Positions 30,384 to 40,464 of a stretch of DNA of 64,000 nucleotides are shown in pieces. The position numbers and the translations under genes were made by a program. Position 1 is the first letter of the stretch, and every line of letters begins with the position of its first letter. Source of the stretch: Candidatus Helarchaeota archaeon (GTDB lineage Archaea; Asgardarchaeota; Lokiarchaeia; Helarchaeales; RDOG01); contig JAHPZH010000002.1 in NCBI GenBank assembly GCA_019058315.1, forward strand, positions 1,101,910-1,165,909, in the 5' to 3' direction. The notes under the pieces were generated by a model that was not told the DNA's origin, did not search any database, and saw only the letters and a program-made list of their open reading frames with translations.

Positions 30384-31859
30384 CTAATTTAATTTTTCTT
30401 TTTTTTTATTATTTAAAATATTCAATAGACAAGTAGGATCACTTTTTGTTAAGCTTTTCTCGAAAATAAATACTTTAGCACGACAACCTCCACATATAAT
30501 TTTATATATGCAATTGCCACACTCACCATCAAATTTTAAATTGCGATATTTACCTAATACAGTCGAGTGGATCCAAACGTCTTGAATATTATTTTTCCTT
30601 ATGTTACCAATAACACAAGGATTAAGAGGACATGGAGTCAATTCGCCATTTGGTTTGATATGAATAACATAAATCCCCGATTCACAACCTGTAATAAATG
30701 GGGAAAATGGGGATTGTTCACTAAAAATTCCTTTAGAAAGTCTATTTGAAAAATTAAAAAATTTTAAAGCAGTTCTTGGAAAATTTCCTTTAAAGAACGG
30801 AATAACTTGAGAATTAGGCATTCTTTGTGCTAAGATTTTATTGAAAATGGGATTTTTATAAGATAATGTTAAAGGATAATCATCAGTCATTAATTTTTGC
30901 CAAATATCACATAAAATACTTCCAAACTTTTCTACTTGAAGTGATGACAATGCATAATGTTCTTTATTCACTGCTTTTTGAGAAGGGACGAAGTCTAAAA
31001 GTTCTAATTTCTGAACCTTAAGCTCTTTAGCTAACTCAACTAGTGGATAAATTTGATTTGCATTTAATTTAGTAACTACAACATCCATACTAACATATAA
31101 TCCGGCATTTAAACAATTTTTAATTCCTTCGATTGCATTTTGAAAACTTCCTTTCCCCCTACTTTTATCGTGTAAGTTTTCTAATCCATCAATACTAATT
31201 TGAATATAACCAAGTCCTGATTTCTTTAATCTTTGTGCTATATTCGGGGAAATTAAGATTCCATTCGTAGCAAGAGCTGTTCTCATGGGTTTTTTCGTAA
31301 TATATTTTATTAAATCAAATATATCTTCTCGTAGTAATGGTTCCCCTCCCGTGAAACCAACTACTAAATTTTTTGCATCATATAATTGATCTATAACATT
31401 ACATGCTTCGTCATAGGTCAACTCTTTATTACCTGTATTATTATGAATATAGCAATGAGGACAGCTTAAATTGCATTTATCAGTTATTGACCAAATTGTA
31501 ATTATTGGTCCAGCAGGAATTTGTGGAATTTTTAATCCAAATATACCAATTCCTTCAATATATGATTGTAATAGTCTTTTAATGGAAATATTTTCTTTTA
31601 AAATTCGTTTAAATCCACCATTTGGCATTTTAAGTGCATGAGATACTAAATTTAATGAAATTGAAATTAATTTAGAAAGAAATCTTGCTTTAATTTTACA
31701 ATTTCTACATGTAATATGTTCATCAAGATAAAAATTGATGAAAGTTTCTGAATATTTTCTTCCACATGTCTTACAATTTCCTGAAAATATTTTAAAAGGA
31801 TTCAGAATATCAATTTTATTGACAAGATTCCACATTAATAAATCTAGCACATTATTCAC
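30384..31859 (-). CDS. Radical SAM protein with SPASM domain and N-terminal CxxC extension
   Basis: CNLSCPHC, FTGGEP, ISIDG; SPASM GCESG..TPCP..CGNC..CGGCRA..C. Confidence 0.88.
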   Translation of the reverse strand: MNNVLDLLMWNLVNKIDILNPFKIFSGNCKTCGRKYSETFINFYLDEHITCRNCKIKARFLSKLISISLNLVSHALKMPNGGFKRILKENISIKRLLQSYIEGIGIFGLKIPQIPAGPIITIWSITDKCNLSCPHCYIHNNTGNKELTYDEACNVIDQLYDAKNLVVGFTGGEPLLREDIFDLIKYITKKPMRTALATNGILISPNIAQRLKKSGLGYIQISIDGLENLHDKSRGKGSFQNAIEGIKNCLNAGLYVSMDVVVTKLNANQIYPLVELAKELKVQKLELLDFVPSQKAVNKEHYALSSLQVEKFGSILCDIWQKLMTDDYPLTLSYKNPIFNKILAQRMPNSQVIPFFKGNFPRTALKFFNFSNRLSKGIFSEQSPFSPFITGCESGIYVIHIKPNGELTPCPLNPCVIGNIRKNNIQDVWIHSTVLGKYRNLKFDGECGNCIYKIICGGCRAKVFIFEKSLTKSDPTCLLNILNNKKKEKLN

Positions 31860-32000
31860 AAAGTTTTGACAATCTTTTAATCAAAAAAAGAATAAACTTT
31901 TAATAAACATTTGTATACGTGCAAAACATATAATTGCTTTTTGCAACTCGTTCCTCATCTGAAATTTATTTGTCATATCATTTGAAAATTTGTTTTTAAT

Positions 32001-32444
32001 ATGAAAGAATCTGTTATTATATTCAAACCGAAAAAAGAAGACGTCTATAATTGGCATGGAAATCAATTATTGCCAGAAAGTCGTGATTATGTCAGTTTAA
32101 ATAATATAGTTAGACTTCAATTTATGGATACTCAAAGTAAATGGTGGGAAGTTATTTATGTTAAAATCGTAGATATAAAAAATGTAAAAATAGCTGAAAT
32201 AAATATTGAAAAATTATATGGGGAAGCTCTAGATACTTATAGAATAATGGAAGATTGCCAGAAATATGTGAAAAATGGAGAAATTATAGAATTCGAGAGA
32301 AATAATATCCTTGAAATACCCTATGATGTTGAATTCTGGGCAGAAAATAACAATTTAAAACATCTTGAAAATATGAGAACTGGTAAGGGAAGAGGTATAA
32401 CTGGTTTAATAGATCCAGATGATGGAAAAGATCTAGATGCATAA
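32001..32444 (+). CDS. Hypothetical protein
   Basis: 147 aa ORF with normal composition. Confidence 0.6.
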   Translation: MKESVIIFKPKKEDVYNWHGNQLLPESRDYVSLNNIVRLQFMDTQSKWWEVIYVKIVDIKNVKIAEINIEKLYGEALDTYRIMEDCQKYVKNGEIIEFERNNILEIPYDVEFWAENNNLKHLENMRTGKGRGITGLIDPDDGKDLDA

Positions 32445-32521
32445 AAAAATTGTTAATAATAAAGATGATAAATTAAATTTAATAAAAATTAATTTTATTC
32501 TAAAAGAATTGAAGTGATTAA

Positions 32522-32827
32522 TTGGCTAACGAAAAAACTTTGATTAAAAAAAGAACTGGATATCCATTTAATAGGATCGATACGGTGAAAAAGTTATCTA
32601 AAGAAATAATTAAGGAAGACTTAGAAGATAAAACTAAGCGAAGTCAGCTGATAAGATGCGAAGAATGCCCAAAACGTTGCTCTACACATAAATTTGTGAC
32701 TAATAAAGAAAAAGCAGAAATTCTTGCTGATAAAGAAAAATTAAAAGAAATGTTGAATTGTGACCCCCCAGCAAATCCGCTTGATTACAAACCTCCCCCA
32801 CGTTATGGTGTGTATTCGAAAATCTAG
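32522..32827 (+). CDS. Small hypothetical protein, putative metal binding
   Basis: CEECPKRC..H..C; GAAGTGA before TTG. Confidence 0.6.
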   Translation: MANEKTLIKKRTGYPFNRIDTVKKLSKEIIKEDLEDKTKRSQLIRCEECPKRCSTHKFVTNKEKAEILADKEKLKEMLNCDPPANPLDYKPPPRYGVYSKI

Positions 32828-32831
32828 GTTA

Positions 32832-33965
32832 TTAATCTGATCGGGGATCCATAATACGACCTAAAAACAAGATATTTTTCGTTTTAACATCCATAATAAA
32901 GAATAAAAATGGATGATCTACTCTGAAGATAGGTGTAGGTCTTGGTTCTTCTGGAGCTGCCCCAAGTAACATAACAGCAGCAGTTGCTGCGGCTGCTTCT
33001 GTCCCTTCTTCATTAACATCTACATATGTCTTATGTACCACTTCAGATATGAAGAGATTAAGATTCGGATCTTTTGGAGCAATTCCAGTAAAATCGGCTT
33101 TATCTTGGTCGAATGCGTCAACTATACCCATCTCTTTCAGAGTTTCTGCCAATTTAAATTCAGATGTAATCTTGAATTTTGGGAGATATACCTCAACTTC
33201 TTGGAACAATTTGGGCCTAATCCATCCTGTCAAATTCTCGGATGTTATCGATTTCTCTATTTCTATAATTCCATCGACTTTTTTGGGGAGAATTATACCC
33301 ATAGAAAGCTCATCTCTGAAATATGTTAATTCAAGTGCTTCAAAATCTTGATTTTCATAATAAATATGCATTTCTTTTTGGTACATCATTGGTACCTTCA
33401 CTTTCTGGCCATTTATCAAGGTGAAGGACTCCTCATTTGTATTATGTTTCTTAAATTTTTTGCTCCATTCACTTAAAAAATATATTGCATTAGTTAATAT
33501 CAATCGAGTTAAAACATTCACCATCTCTGGTTTAAGTAAATCTTTAATTTTATTCTCTGTTCTATCCTCGACCCATTTATTGATTTTATTACGAGCATCT
33601 TCTGATTGATTTTTAAAATCCATCTTGGATATTCCACCGAAATAAGAATTTTCAATGATTTCGAGATATTCTGGAAATATCTTATAGTCATCTTGTATCC
33701 ACAAAGCATTTGCAATGCGAAGTTCATAACATTTAGATCTTGATGGGGCATTCAAACCTTCGATGAGATAGTTGAAAGTGGCATGGATGTCAGAATGACC
33801 TTCAAAATGAAGAGTCGAAGCTATCTGGTCTGCTGTTGCACCCTTAGCCCCAGCATACAACATAGCTATACAAATAGAAATACTTATCGGTGAAAAAAAT
33901 AGATTTTTATCATTCGATTTTAGAATTTTATAACATTCTAGAGCGAATTTATTATTTAAAGTAAT
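32832..33965 (-). CDS. Serpin (serine protease inhibitor family)
   Basis: NNKFAL..NLFFSPISIS upstream of the ORF-track start; INKWVE..T, NAIYF, KVPMM, LPKF, EEGTEAAAAT hinge, DHPFLFFI; proposed ATT start at 33965. Confidence 0.93.
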   Translation of the reverse strand: MTLNNKFALECYKILKSNDKNLFFSPISISICIAMLYAGAKGATADQIASTLHFEGHSDIHATFNYLIEGLNAPSRSKCYELRIANALWIQDDYKIFPEYLEIIENSYFGGISKMDFKNQSEDARNKINKWVEDRTENKIKDLLKPEMVNVLTRLILTNAIYFLSEWSKKFKKHNTNEESFTLINGQKVKVPMMYQKEMHIYYENQDFEALELTYFRDELSMGIILPKKVDGIIEIEKSITSENLTGWIRPKLFQEVEVYLPKFKITSEFKLAETLKEMGIVDAFDQDKADFTGIAPKDPNLNLFISEVVHKTYVDVNEEGTEAAAATAAVMLLGAAPEEPRPTPIFRVDHPFLFFIMDVKTKNILFLGRIMDPRSD

Positions 33966-34130
33966 TAAATTCGCCTCTTTTGCTCTAATATTGACTGTGA
34001 TTTTAAACTACTCCAAATAGAATAATTTCAACAAATTAAGTTATGTTATAAATCCCAATATTTAAGCTTTTATAAGAATAATAGATAAATTTTTAGTTAA
34101 ATTATAAAATAAAGTCAGTCTAAATGATTA

Positions 34131-34694
34131 ATGATGTCAACTAACAAGATTTTAATAGCATATGGTTCCCGATATGGAAGCACTGCTGAAATATCAGAAA
34201 AAATATCAATAATATTGAAAGAATTAAATATTGAAAGTGTAGTTTTAGATTTGAAAAAAATAAAAGAAAAACATTGGCCTTCAATTGATGAATTCGATGC
34301 TATTTTGGTCGGTTCGGGTATTAAAATGGGCCGTTGGATGAAAGAACCTCAAAAATTACTAAAGAAGAATAAAGATAAAATTAAGAATAAGGAAAAAATC
34401 CTTGGATTATTCGTAAGTTGTTCCACTGTTCTTGATGATCCTGTGAAAGCAAAGAATGAATATCTAGATAAAATTATGGATAAGCTAAAGTTCAAAGCTG
34501 ATATGTTTGATGCATTTGGACCAGTATTTGATTTCTCAGAAACCTCTAAATTAGGATATTTAACTAAGAAATTATCAATAGCAGGTCTAAATGATTCAGG
34601 AAACATAGAATTTGATCCAAATGCAAGAAATGACTTAAGAGATTGGGACCAAATTAGGAGTTTTGCAGAAAAATTTGCTGAGTTAATAAAATAG
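34131..34694 (+). CDS. Flavodoxin-domain protein (HemG-like)
   Basis: ILIAYGSRYGSTAEI, ILVGSGI, DLRDWDQI. Confidence 0.85.
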   Translation: MMSTNKILIAYGSRYGSTAEISEKISIILKELNIESVVLDLKKIKEKHWPSIDEFDAILVGSGIKMGRWMKEPQKLLKKNKDKIKNKEKILGLFVSCSTVLDDPVKAKNEYLDKIMDKLKFKADMFDAFGPVFDFSETSKLGYLTKKLSIAGLNDSGNIEFDPNARNDLRDWDQIRSFAEKFAELIK

Positions 34695-34862
34695 TGTTTA
34701 ATTTTATCTTTGGAATTCATGATCTCTATAAATTTTGAAATACTTGAAAATGTTAAAATTTATAAATGAAGAACTTTATCTAACTTAAACATAATAAAAT
34801 TCGATTTTACTATTAAAAATTCTTCTAAACTGGCAAAAACCCTAAAATACAATCTTATAAAA

Positions 34863-35879
34863 ATGAGAAATAAAAATATTAGAAAAATGAATAAGAATTT
34901 CCAGGATTCCACTGTTGCAGTCAATGTAATGAAAAAAAAATGGGATTTTTTAATAATTCTAGATGCATGCAGATATGACTATTTTGAAAGAATATATCGA
35001 CAAAGCAAGGATCTTTTAAATGGTAAACTTTATAAATACAAATCTATCGCTTCATCTACAATGGAATGGAGAAACAAATCATTTAAAGGTTATTATGACG
35101 ATATAGTGTATGTATCTACGAATCCCTATATTAACTCAGCCGTTTCAGTAGAGAACTTCCTTGGAAAGGACCATTTTTTTAAAATTTATGATATTTGGAA
35201 TGAGGGTTGGGATGAAAAAGAAAATACCGTCCTACCTGATACTATAACTGAGGTCACAATTAAACTATTACCAAAGCACCCAAATAAAAGATTTATAATT
35301 CATTACATTCAACCACACGCACCATATATTAATTTAGACTTAAAAAATAAAAAAGTTGCAGCATTTAGATTTAGAGCAGATATAATGAAAGAATTAAAAG
35401 AAAATTCGCACGAATCCAATGAAAAAAAGAGTCTTAGACTTAAAATAATCGAAAAATTTTTGCAACACTTTAATAAATTTAAAAAAATAATCAACAGACC
35501 TGACTGGATTTTAGGAAATCAACCCAAGTGGAGGTTGAGAGAATTTTTTAAATTGGATCCATTATCTCCAATGGATGCTGTCAGAAGAATATATGGTGAT
35601 GAGGGATTAAAAAAGGCATATATGAACAATTTAAAGTTAGTATTAAAATCCGTAATAAAATTATTGAAACATCTATCAGGTAAAATTGTAATAACGGGTG
35701 ATCATGGTGAACTACTCGGAGAAAATGGATGTTATAGCCATATAAACGAGTCCAATAACCCTTACTTAAAATTGATACCTTGGTTAGAAATTCAAAAAGG
35801 TGAGCATCGAAAAAAAGTCTTGAAAGAAGATTCTTTAATAAGTAGCCTTAAATTGAGTGATTTCACTCGTAAAATTTAA
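34863..35879 (+). CDS. Alkaline phosphatase/sulfatase superfamily protein
   Basis: IILDACRYD, HYIQPHAPY, ITGDHGE..GE..H; no CxPxR sulfatase motif. Confidence 0.8.
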   Translation: MRNKNIRKMNKNFQDSTVAVNVMKKKWDFLIILDACRYDYFERIYRQSKDLLNGKLYKYKSIASSTMEWRNKSFKGYYDDIVYVSTNPYINSAVSVENFLGKDHFFKIYDIWNEGWDEKENTVLPDTITEVTIKLLPKHPNKRFIIHYIQPHAPYINLDLKNKKVAAFRFRADIMKELKENSHESNEKKSLRLKIIEKFLQHFNKFKKIINRPDWILGNQPKWRLREFFKLDPLSPMDAVRRIYGDEGLKKAYMNNLKLVLKSVIKLLKHLSGKIVITGDHGELLGENGCYSHINESNNPYLKLIPWLEIQKGEHRKKVLKEDSLISSLKLSDFTRKI

Positions 35880-35928
35880 AAATAATTATATTTTAGTAAC
35901 CTAACCCGTGATAAAAAATTTTATTTAA

Positions 35929-36774
35929 TTAGATATCAATCGTCAATCTATCATATGCAATTTTAAATCCCATTTTAATAGAATATCTCCATTCCTCTCC
36001 TTCTGGTTTCACAATTGGATTTGAGTGGTTAAAATGTGTAAAATAAATCTCGGTAGTTGATTCTTTCAATAGATCCATTGTTTCTACTATTGGTACATGG
36101 GGGACTTCTTTATACCTTGAAATCTCTTTGTTTGTATAAAAAGTGCCATCTAAGAAAGCAATATCAACTGAATTGACATGAGTGATAATTTCTTCAGTCC
36201 AAAGATCCAAATCTGACAAATATAGAATCTTATTTTGACCTTTTATGATATATCCAACAGTATCAGAGTGCTCATTTCGATGTGGAACCTCTATTGATGT
36301 TATTGAGAACTTAAATTTTTTAAAACTCAATTCCTTTCCAATTGCCATCTCGTTTAAAATTATATTTTTTCTATCTGATAAATGATTAAAGGGATGGTTA
36401 TTTTGAAGAAATTGTTTCATAACTGGTGAACAATAAACAGGGACATTTTTCTCCTCCGTGCATTCTTTCCCTAATAACCACAAACCCGAACAATGCCCAA
36501 AATGTGCGTGAGTTAAAAATATACCATCAACTGGCAAAATCCCCTTACGATTACTTACAATTTTTTTGTTTGTTAATATATCTATTTGGTATTTAATATC
36601 TGGAGAAGCTTCAATTAAAAAGCAAAATTTATTTTCATTATCATATAAAGCAATGGAAGGTGCTAAACGAATATATTCCTTATTTTTTCTTGCATTATTA
36701 CAATTCTCGCAATAGCACCCAATTTGAGGAATACCCGCATCTTGGCCAGAACCAAGAATTAAAATTTTCATCAT
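35929..36774 (-). CDS. Metallo-beta-lactamase-fold hydrolase, PqqB-like
   Basis: LGSGQDAGIPQIGCYCENC, LTHAHFGH, FLDGTFY, THFNHSN. Confidence 0.85.
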   Translation of the reverse strand: MMKILILGSGQDAGIPQIGCYCENCNNARKNKEYIRLAPSIALYDNENKFCFLIEASPDIKYQIDILTNKKIVSNRKGILPVDGIFLTHAHFGHCSGLWLLGKECTEEKNVPVYCSPVMKQFLQNNHPFNHLSDRKNIILNEMAIGKELSFKKFKFSITSIEVPHRNEHSDTVGYIIKGQNKILYLSDLDLWTEEIITHVNSVDIAFLDGTFYTNKEISRYKEVPHVPIVETMDLLKESTTEIYFTHFNHSNPIVKPEGEEWRYSIKMGFKIAYDRLTIDI

Positions 36775-36791
36775 TTAAAAAGTTCTTTTAA

Positions 36792-38189
36792 TTAACTATA
36801 TTTACTTTTGTATTTGTACATATTTGAAAAAGCCCGTGCAGCTCTTTCTACACTCGGAAAAACAGGAATTTTATCTTTTATTAATATATCTTTATATTTT
36901 TCTCTCTGAGCACCCCTAATATGAGGTAGGGACATTAAAAATGGTTTTCCTTCTTCTCTAGTATAATTAGCTATTTTCATGATATTATTATGATGAAGCA
37001 TATGATGATCATCAAAGTCTCTAGGAGCAAAGGCTTCAATTATTACTCCACCCACGTATGGTTCTTTAATTGCTATTTTACAAATTTCAGGATATTTTTC
37101 TTCATGTCCAATCCAAGGCAAATCTAAAGGGTTTGCAACACTCCCAATTGAAATCATTGATTGCATTTCACTTCTTGCAGGATCTTGTATTTCTGGAATA
37201 TCTACTCCTAAATTTATGATTCGATCCACGCCTAGAGAGGCGGTTCCCCCTGACCAAGTGATTAAAATCAAACTATTAACTTTTGGGTATAGCCCTTTAC
37301 AATAATAAAAAGCTATAGTCGAATCCATCAATTCTTCAAATGTAGCGACATTTATTATTCCAGTTTGAGCAACTACAGAATTCCAAATCTTTGAATTAGA
37401 TGATATCGAACCTGTGTGAGAACTAGCCGTCTTCGCCCCTTTCTCTGTGACTCCACCACGTAATATAAGTGTTGGTTTCTTATTCTCTTTTAAAACTTTT
37501 AATAAATCTCTTCCTTCAAATTCTCTAAATTGTGAAAATCCTTCAAAATATCCGCTAATGATGTCTGTTTTTTCATCAGAGCTAAAATAGTCAATAAAAT
37601 CTGAGAATTTAAGACTTATAGTATTACCAATACTTGCAGCAACAGAGAAATTAATTCCATAATTATTGCAGTCTGTAACATATCTGCTAGTTAAATCTCC
37701 AGAATGAGAAACGAAAGCAAGACATCCACTTTCACATATTTTTTTAGAGAAATTTGGATGATAAGAAATTCGACCACCAGTGGAATAAACTCCCATGCAA
37801 TTTGGTCCAATTGCCCTAGTATCGCTATTTTTTAACATTTCATGAATTTCATGTTCTAATTCAATACCAGGTTCATCATATTCTCCTAATCCCGCTGAAA
37901 AAATATGCAGTGTATAAAATTTCTTCTCGATACACTGTTTAATTATAGGTTTTACTTTACTCTTTGTTATTGCAATTACCGCTAAATCTATCTTATCAGG
38001 TAATTCAGAAATGGATTTATAACATTTCATGCCTAATATTTCTTCGTCTTTTTCAGAGACAAGATATATATCTCCCTTATAACCCCTCTCAATTACTCCC
38101 ATAATATTCCAAACTCTTCTGCTGGTTGCTCCTATATACGCTAAGGACTCTGGATAAAATAATTTTTTCATGTATTCTTTTGTCTTCAT
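36792..38189 (-). CDS. Acyl-CoA synthetase (NDP-forming) alpha subunit, AcdA-like
   Basis: CoA-binding N-terminus, IGPNCMG, SHSG, ASSHTGS phospho-His, NPLDL. Confidence 0.85.
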   Translation of the reverse strand: MKTKEYMKKLFYPESLAYIGATSRRVWNIMGVIERGYKGDIYLVSEKDEEILGMKCYKSISELPDKIDLAVIAITKSKVKPIIKQCIEKKFYTLHIFSAGLGEYDEPGIELEHEIHEMLKNSDTRAIGPNCMGVYSTGGRISYHPNFSKKICESGCLAFVSHSGDLTSRYVTDCNNYGINFSVAASIGNTISLKFSDFIDYFSSDEKTDIISGYFEGFSQFREFEGRDLLKVLKENKKPTLILRGGVTEKGAKTASSHTGSISSNSKIWNSVVAQTGIINVATFEELMDSTIAFYYCKGLYPKVNSLILITWSGGTASLGVDRIINLGVDIPEIQDPARSEMQSMISIGSVANPLDLPWIGHEEKYPEICKIAIKEPYVGGVIIEAFAPRDFDDHHMLHHNNIMKIANYTREEGKPFLMSLPHIRGAQREKYKDILIKDKIPVFPSVERAARAFSNMYKYKSKYS

Positions 38190-38353
38190 TTTATCAATTA
38201 TTCCATTTAATCTGTTTTATTCATTTTATTATTAAAATGCGAAAGTTGAGTTCTTTAAATTTTCCATATTTGGTCAATATTCAAGGTTAACGAACTAAAG
38301 AGAATTAGAAAATATAAAAGTGTAGAAAATTGGTACTTTTTTCGTGAGGAGGG

Positions 38354-39286
38354 CTATTTTTCTTCAGATTCTTTAGCAAGCATTATGAATCCAATCAGAA
38401 TAGGTACTAGAGAGAGTAAAAAGAGGAAATACCAGACAAAGTAAAAATAGATGACATCGGAAAAGTGCCAAGGTGCCCATCCCATGTAAGTAATTGTCAA
38501 TCCTAAATATCCAAGGAAGATAATTTTTGGTCCTGCATATCCCGATTTTTGACCATAATTGAAAAAGATATAACTGATGGAGAAACAAATTGGAATCCAA
38601 ATAGCAAATAAAAAGCCATACATCATATATTCTATATCTTGAACAACAAATAAACCAAAGCTAAACCAAATAAATCCTAATAAAATTACTACTATAGAAG
38701 GCATTATTCGTAATTTCTTATCCTCAATTAATAATCTAAGAATGCCGTACAAAGATCCAGCTGCCCAAAAAATCATTCCAAATCGTAATAAAAAGAAATT
38801 TCCAGGAGATATATTCTCATTTGCCCAAGTAATTCCCAAACCTCTGAAAATATGTCCTATAAAGGTAATACTATAAATAAAAAAGACAATACCCCAAATA
38901 AGCTGAGAAATATTAGTTCGACCACCTTTATACCAGCGATAAAGCAGATATGTTCCAATTATCCAAATTAAAATAGTAGTATCCAACCCAAGACCGAAAA
39001 ATAGGAGGTTATAGACTTGGGATTTAAAAGGATGATAAAATTTCCAGATTAATATTCCCATTTTGTCTACCCCCATTTCTTCTTGTAATATAATTGCAAT
39101 AAGATCTCTTAGTAAAAAACCATATGTAGGATCTAAATCTCTTGGTGCAAGTGTATAGGTCGCACGTGGTTTAAAAATGAGAACATATATACATAGAATA
39201 GCAATTATAATTATACCAAAAAAATAAGGCAAATTTTTTCTAATCAAATCTTTAATATCTACCAAATTATTAACCCCAATTACCAA
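38354..39286 (-). CDS. Multipass membrane protein (1+7 TM)
   Basis: About 8 hydrophobic helices; TTG start overlaps the stop of the DENN-like gene. Confidence 0.7.
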   Translation of the reverse strand: MVIGVNNLVDIKDLIRKNLPYFFGIIIIAILCIYVLIFKPRATYTLAPRDLDPTYGFLLRDLIAIILQEEMGVDKMGILIWKFYHPFKSQVYNLLFFGLGLDTTILIWIIGTYLLYRWYKGGRTNISQLIWGIVFFIYSITFIGHIFRGLGITWANENISPGNFFLLRFGMIFWAAGSLYGILRLLIEDKKLRIMPSIVVILLGFIWFSFGLFVVQDIEYMMYGFLFAIWIPICFSISYIFFNYGQKSGYAGPKIIFLGYLGLTITYMGWAPWHFSDVIYFYFVWYFLFLLSLVPILIGFIMLAKESEEK

Positions 39287-40365
39287 GTTTCTTTTCCAAA
39301 TCCACTTAGGACCTTATCCAGCTTCTTTCGACATTCAGAAATTGTGTCATTTAATTTAGTCGAAATATCTGGATTGTCTGACATTAGACAAGTTCCGATT
39401 AAATCAAGTTCATCAAGATCTAAATCGGATATTAAATCATCAATATTTGAGGTAGTAACGTTATCTTCTTTGACCATTTTAAGAAGTTTATTTTTTGTAG
39501 CAAGAAACTTCTTAATATCTTGTTTAATTTTTTGTTCTGCTTGCTCCGAATCTAATTGTTTAGCCCGATTAATTAATTTTTTACAAAATTTATTCGATTC
39601 CCCTCCAGTGACTTTACCTTTTTTTAAATCTACTAGAATACTTGTCTTAAAAATTTCTGTTAGGTTAGAAGGTCCTCCAATAATATCCCCAAGCATATAA
39701 TCCTTTGTCCAATATACTATTTCAGGAGGTTTTTCAACATAAAACATAGTTAGTGTATCAATAATTAATTTAACTAAGGTTTTATCACCTGTTACAATAA
39801 CAGGTTCACCTAAAATTAATGCGTTAATGACTTTATCGAGATTTTTTTGAACTAGATTAAAGAGTAAAACTAAACTTCTTTTAACTTCAGCTTTTTCTGT
39901 TTTTTTCATAAAAGAATTTAAAATAAGATTAATTATACTATTATAAAAATCTAAAAGTTCTCCTTCAATTTGTTGTTTTTCTGCCTTTGTTTCTAACAAA
40001 GCATTTAATTTATTTGCAGTTTCATTAAATAGCGTTTCTAACACATCTATATACCGATAAAAAATAACATCATTTGTCTCATTGAATAGTACAGTGATTG
40101 AACTGTCAATTATTCCCCCTCGACGAGTCCGATCTTTAGTTACTATAGATTTAATAAAACCTTTTAAATTGAAGGATGGAAATGGAACTATTGCCAAAGA
40201 TTTGGGAACTATACCTTCTCTATCTGACATTAAATTAATTGATTTGAGGCTGATATAATTTTTAGCTTCAACTGATAAATCTGGCGGAATCCATGCTACC
40301 GCTTTTGGTCCAAATTTTTCATCAAATTGTGAAAATATAATACCTGAAATTAATTGTTCCTTAAT
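39280..40365 (-). CDS. DENN-like protein (uDENN/longin + cDENN + dDENN-like)
   Basis: ISGIIFSQFDEKFGPK longin start lies upstream of the ORF-track ATG; LDKVINALILGEPVIVTGD cDENN-like; ILVDL; proposed ATT start at 40365. Confidence 0.7.
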   Translation of the reverse strand: MKEQLISGIIFSQFDEKFGPKAVAWIPPDLSVEAKNYISLKSINLMSDREGIVPKSLAIVPFPSFNLKGFIKSIVTKDRTRRGGIIDSSITVLFNETNDVIFYRYIDVLETLFNETANKLNALLETKAEKQQIEGELLDFYNSIINLILNSFMKKTEKAEVKRSLVLLFNLVQKNLDKVINALILGEPVIVTGDKTLVKLIIDTLTMFYVEKPPEIVYWTKDYMLGDIIGGPSNLTEIFKTSILVDLKKGKVTGGESNKFCKKLINRAKQLDSEQAEQKIKQDIKKFLATKNKLLKMVKEDNVTTSNIDDLISDLDLDELDLIGTCLMSDNPDISTKLNDTISECRKKLDKVLSGFGKETW

Positions 40366-40464
40366 TCTTACCCACTCTCAATTATATATTCTCTAAATTT
40401 CATAATTTAACTTACTATAATTATTATTTTTTATAATTATCTTTTCAAGGATATGTTTTAAATT

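Noticed and set aside
30384-36774. PQQ biosynthesis (PqqE-like rSAM plus PqqB-like hydrolase)
   Set aside because: The genes are 4 kb apart with unrelated genes between; no pqqA/C/D seen
12145-40365. Interpreting glmU, spt4, serpin and DENN as 5'-truncated pseudogenes
   Set aside because: Reading frames and motifs are intact up to a correctly spaced SD plus ATT; non-canonical initiation is more parsimonious
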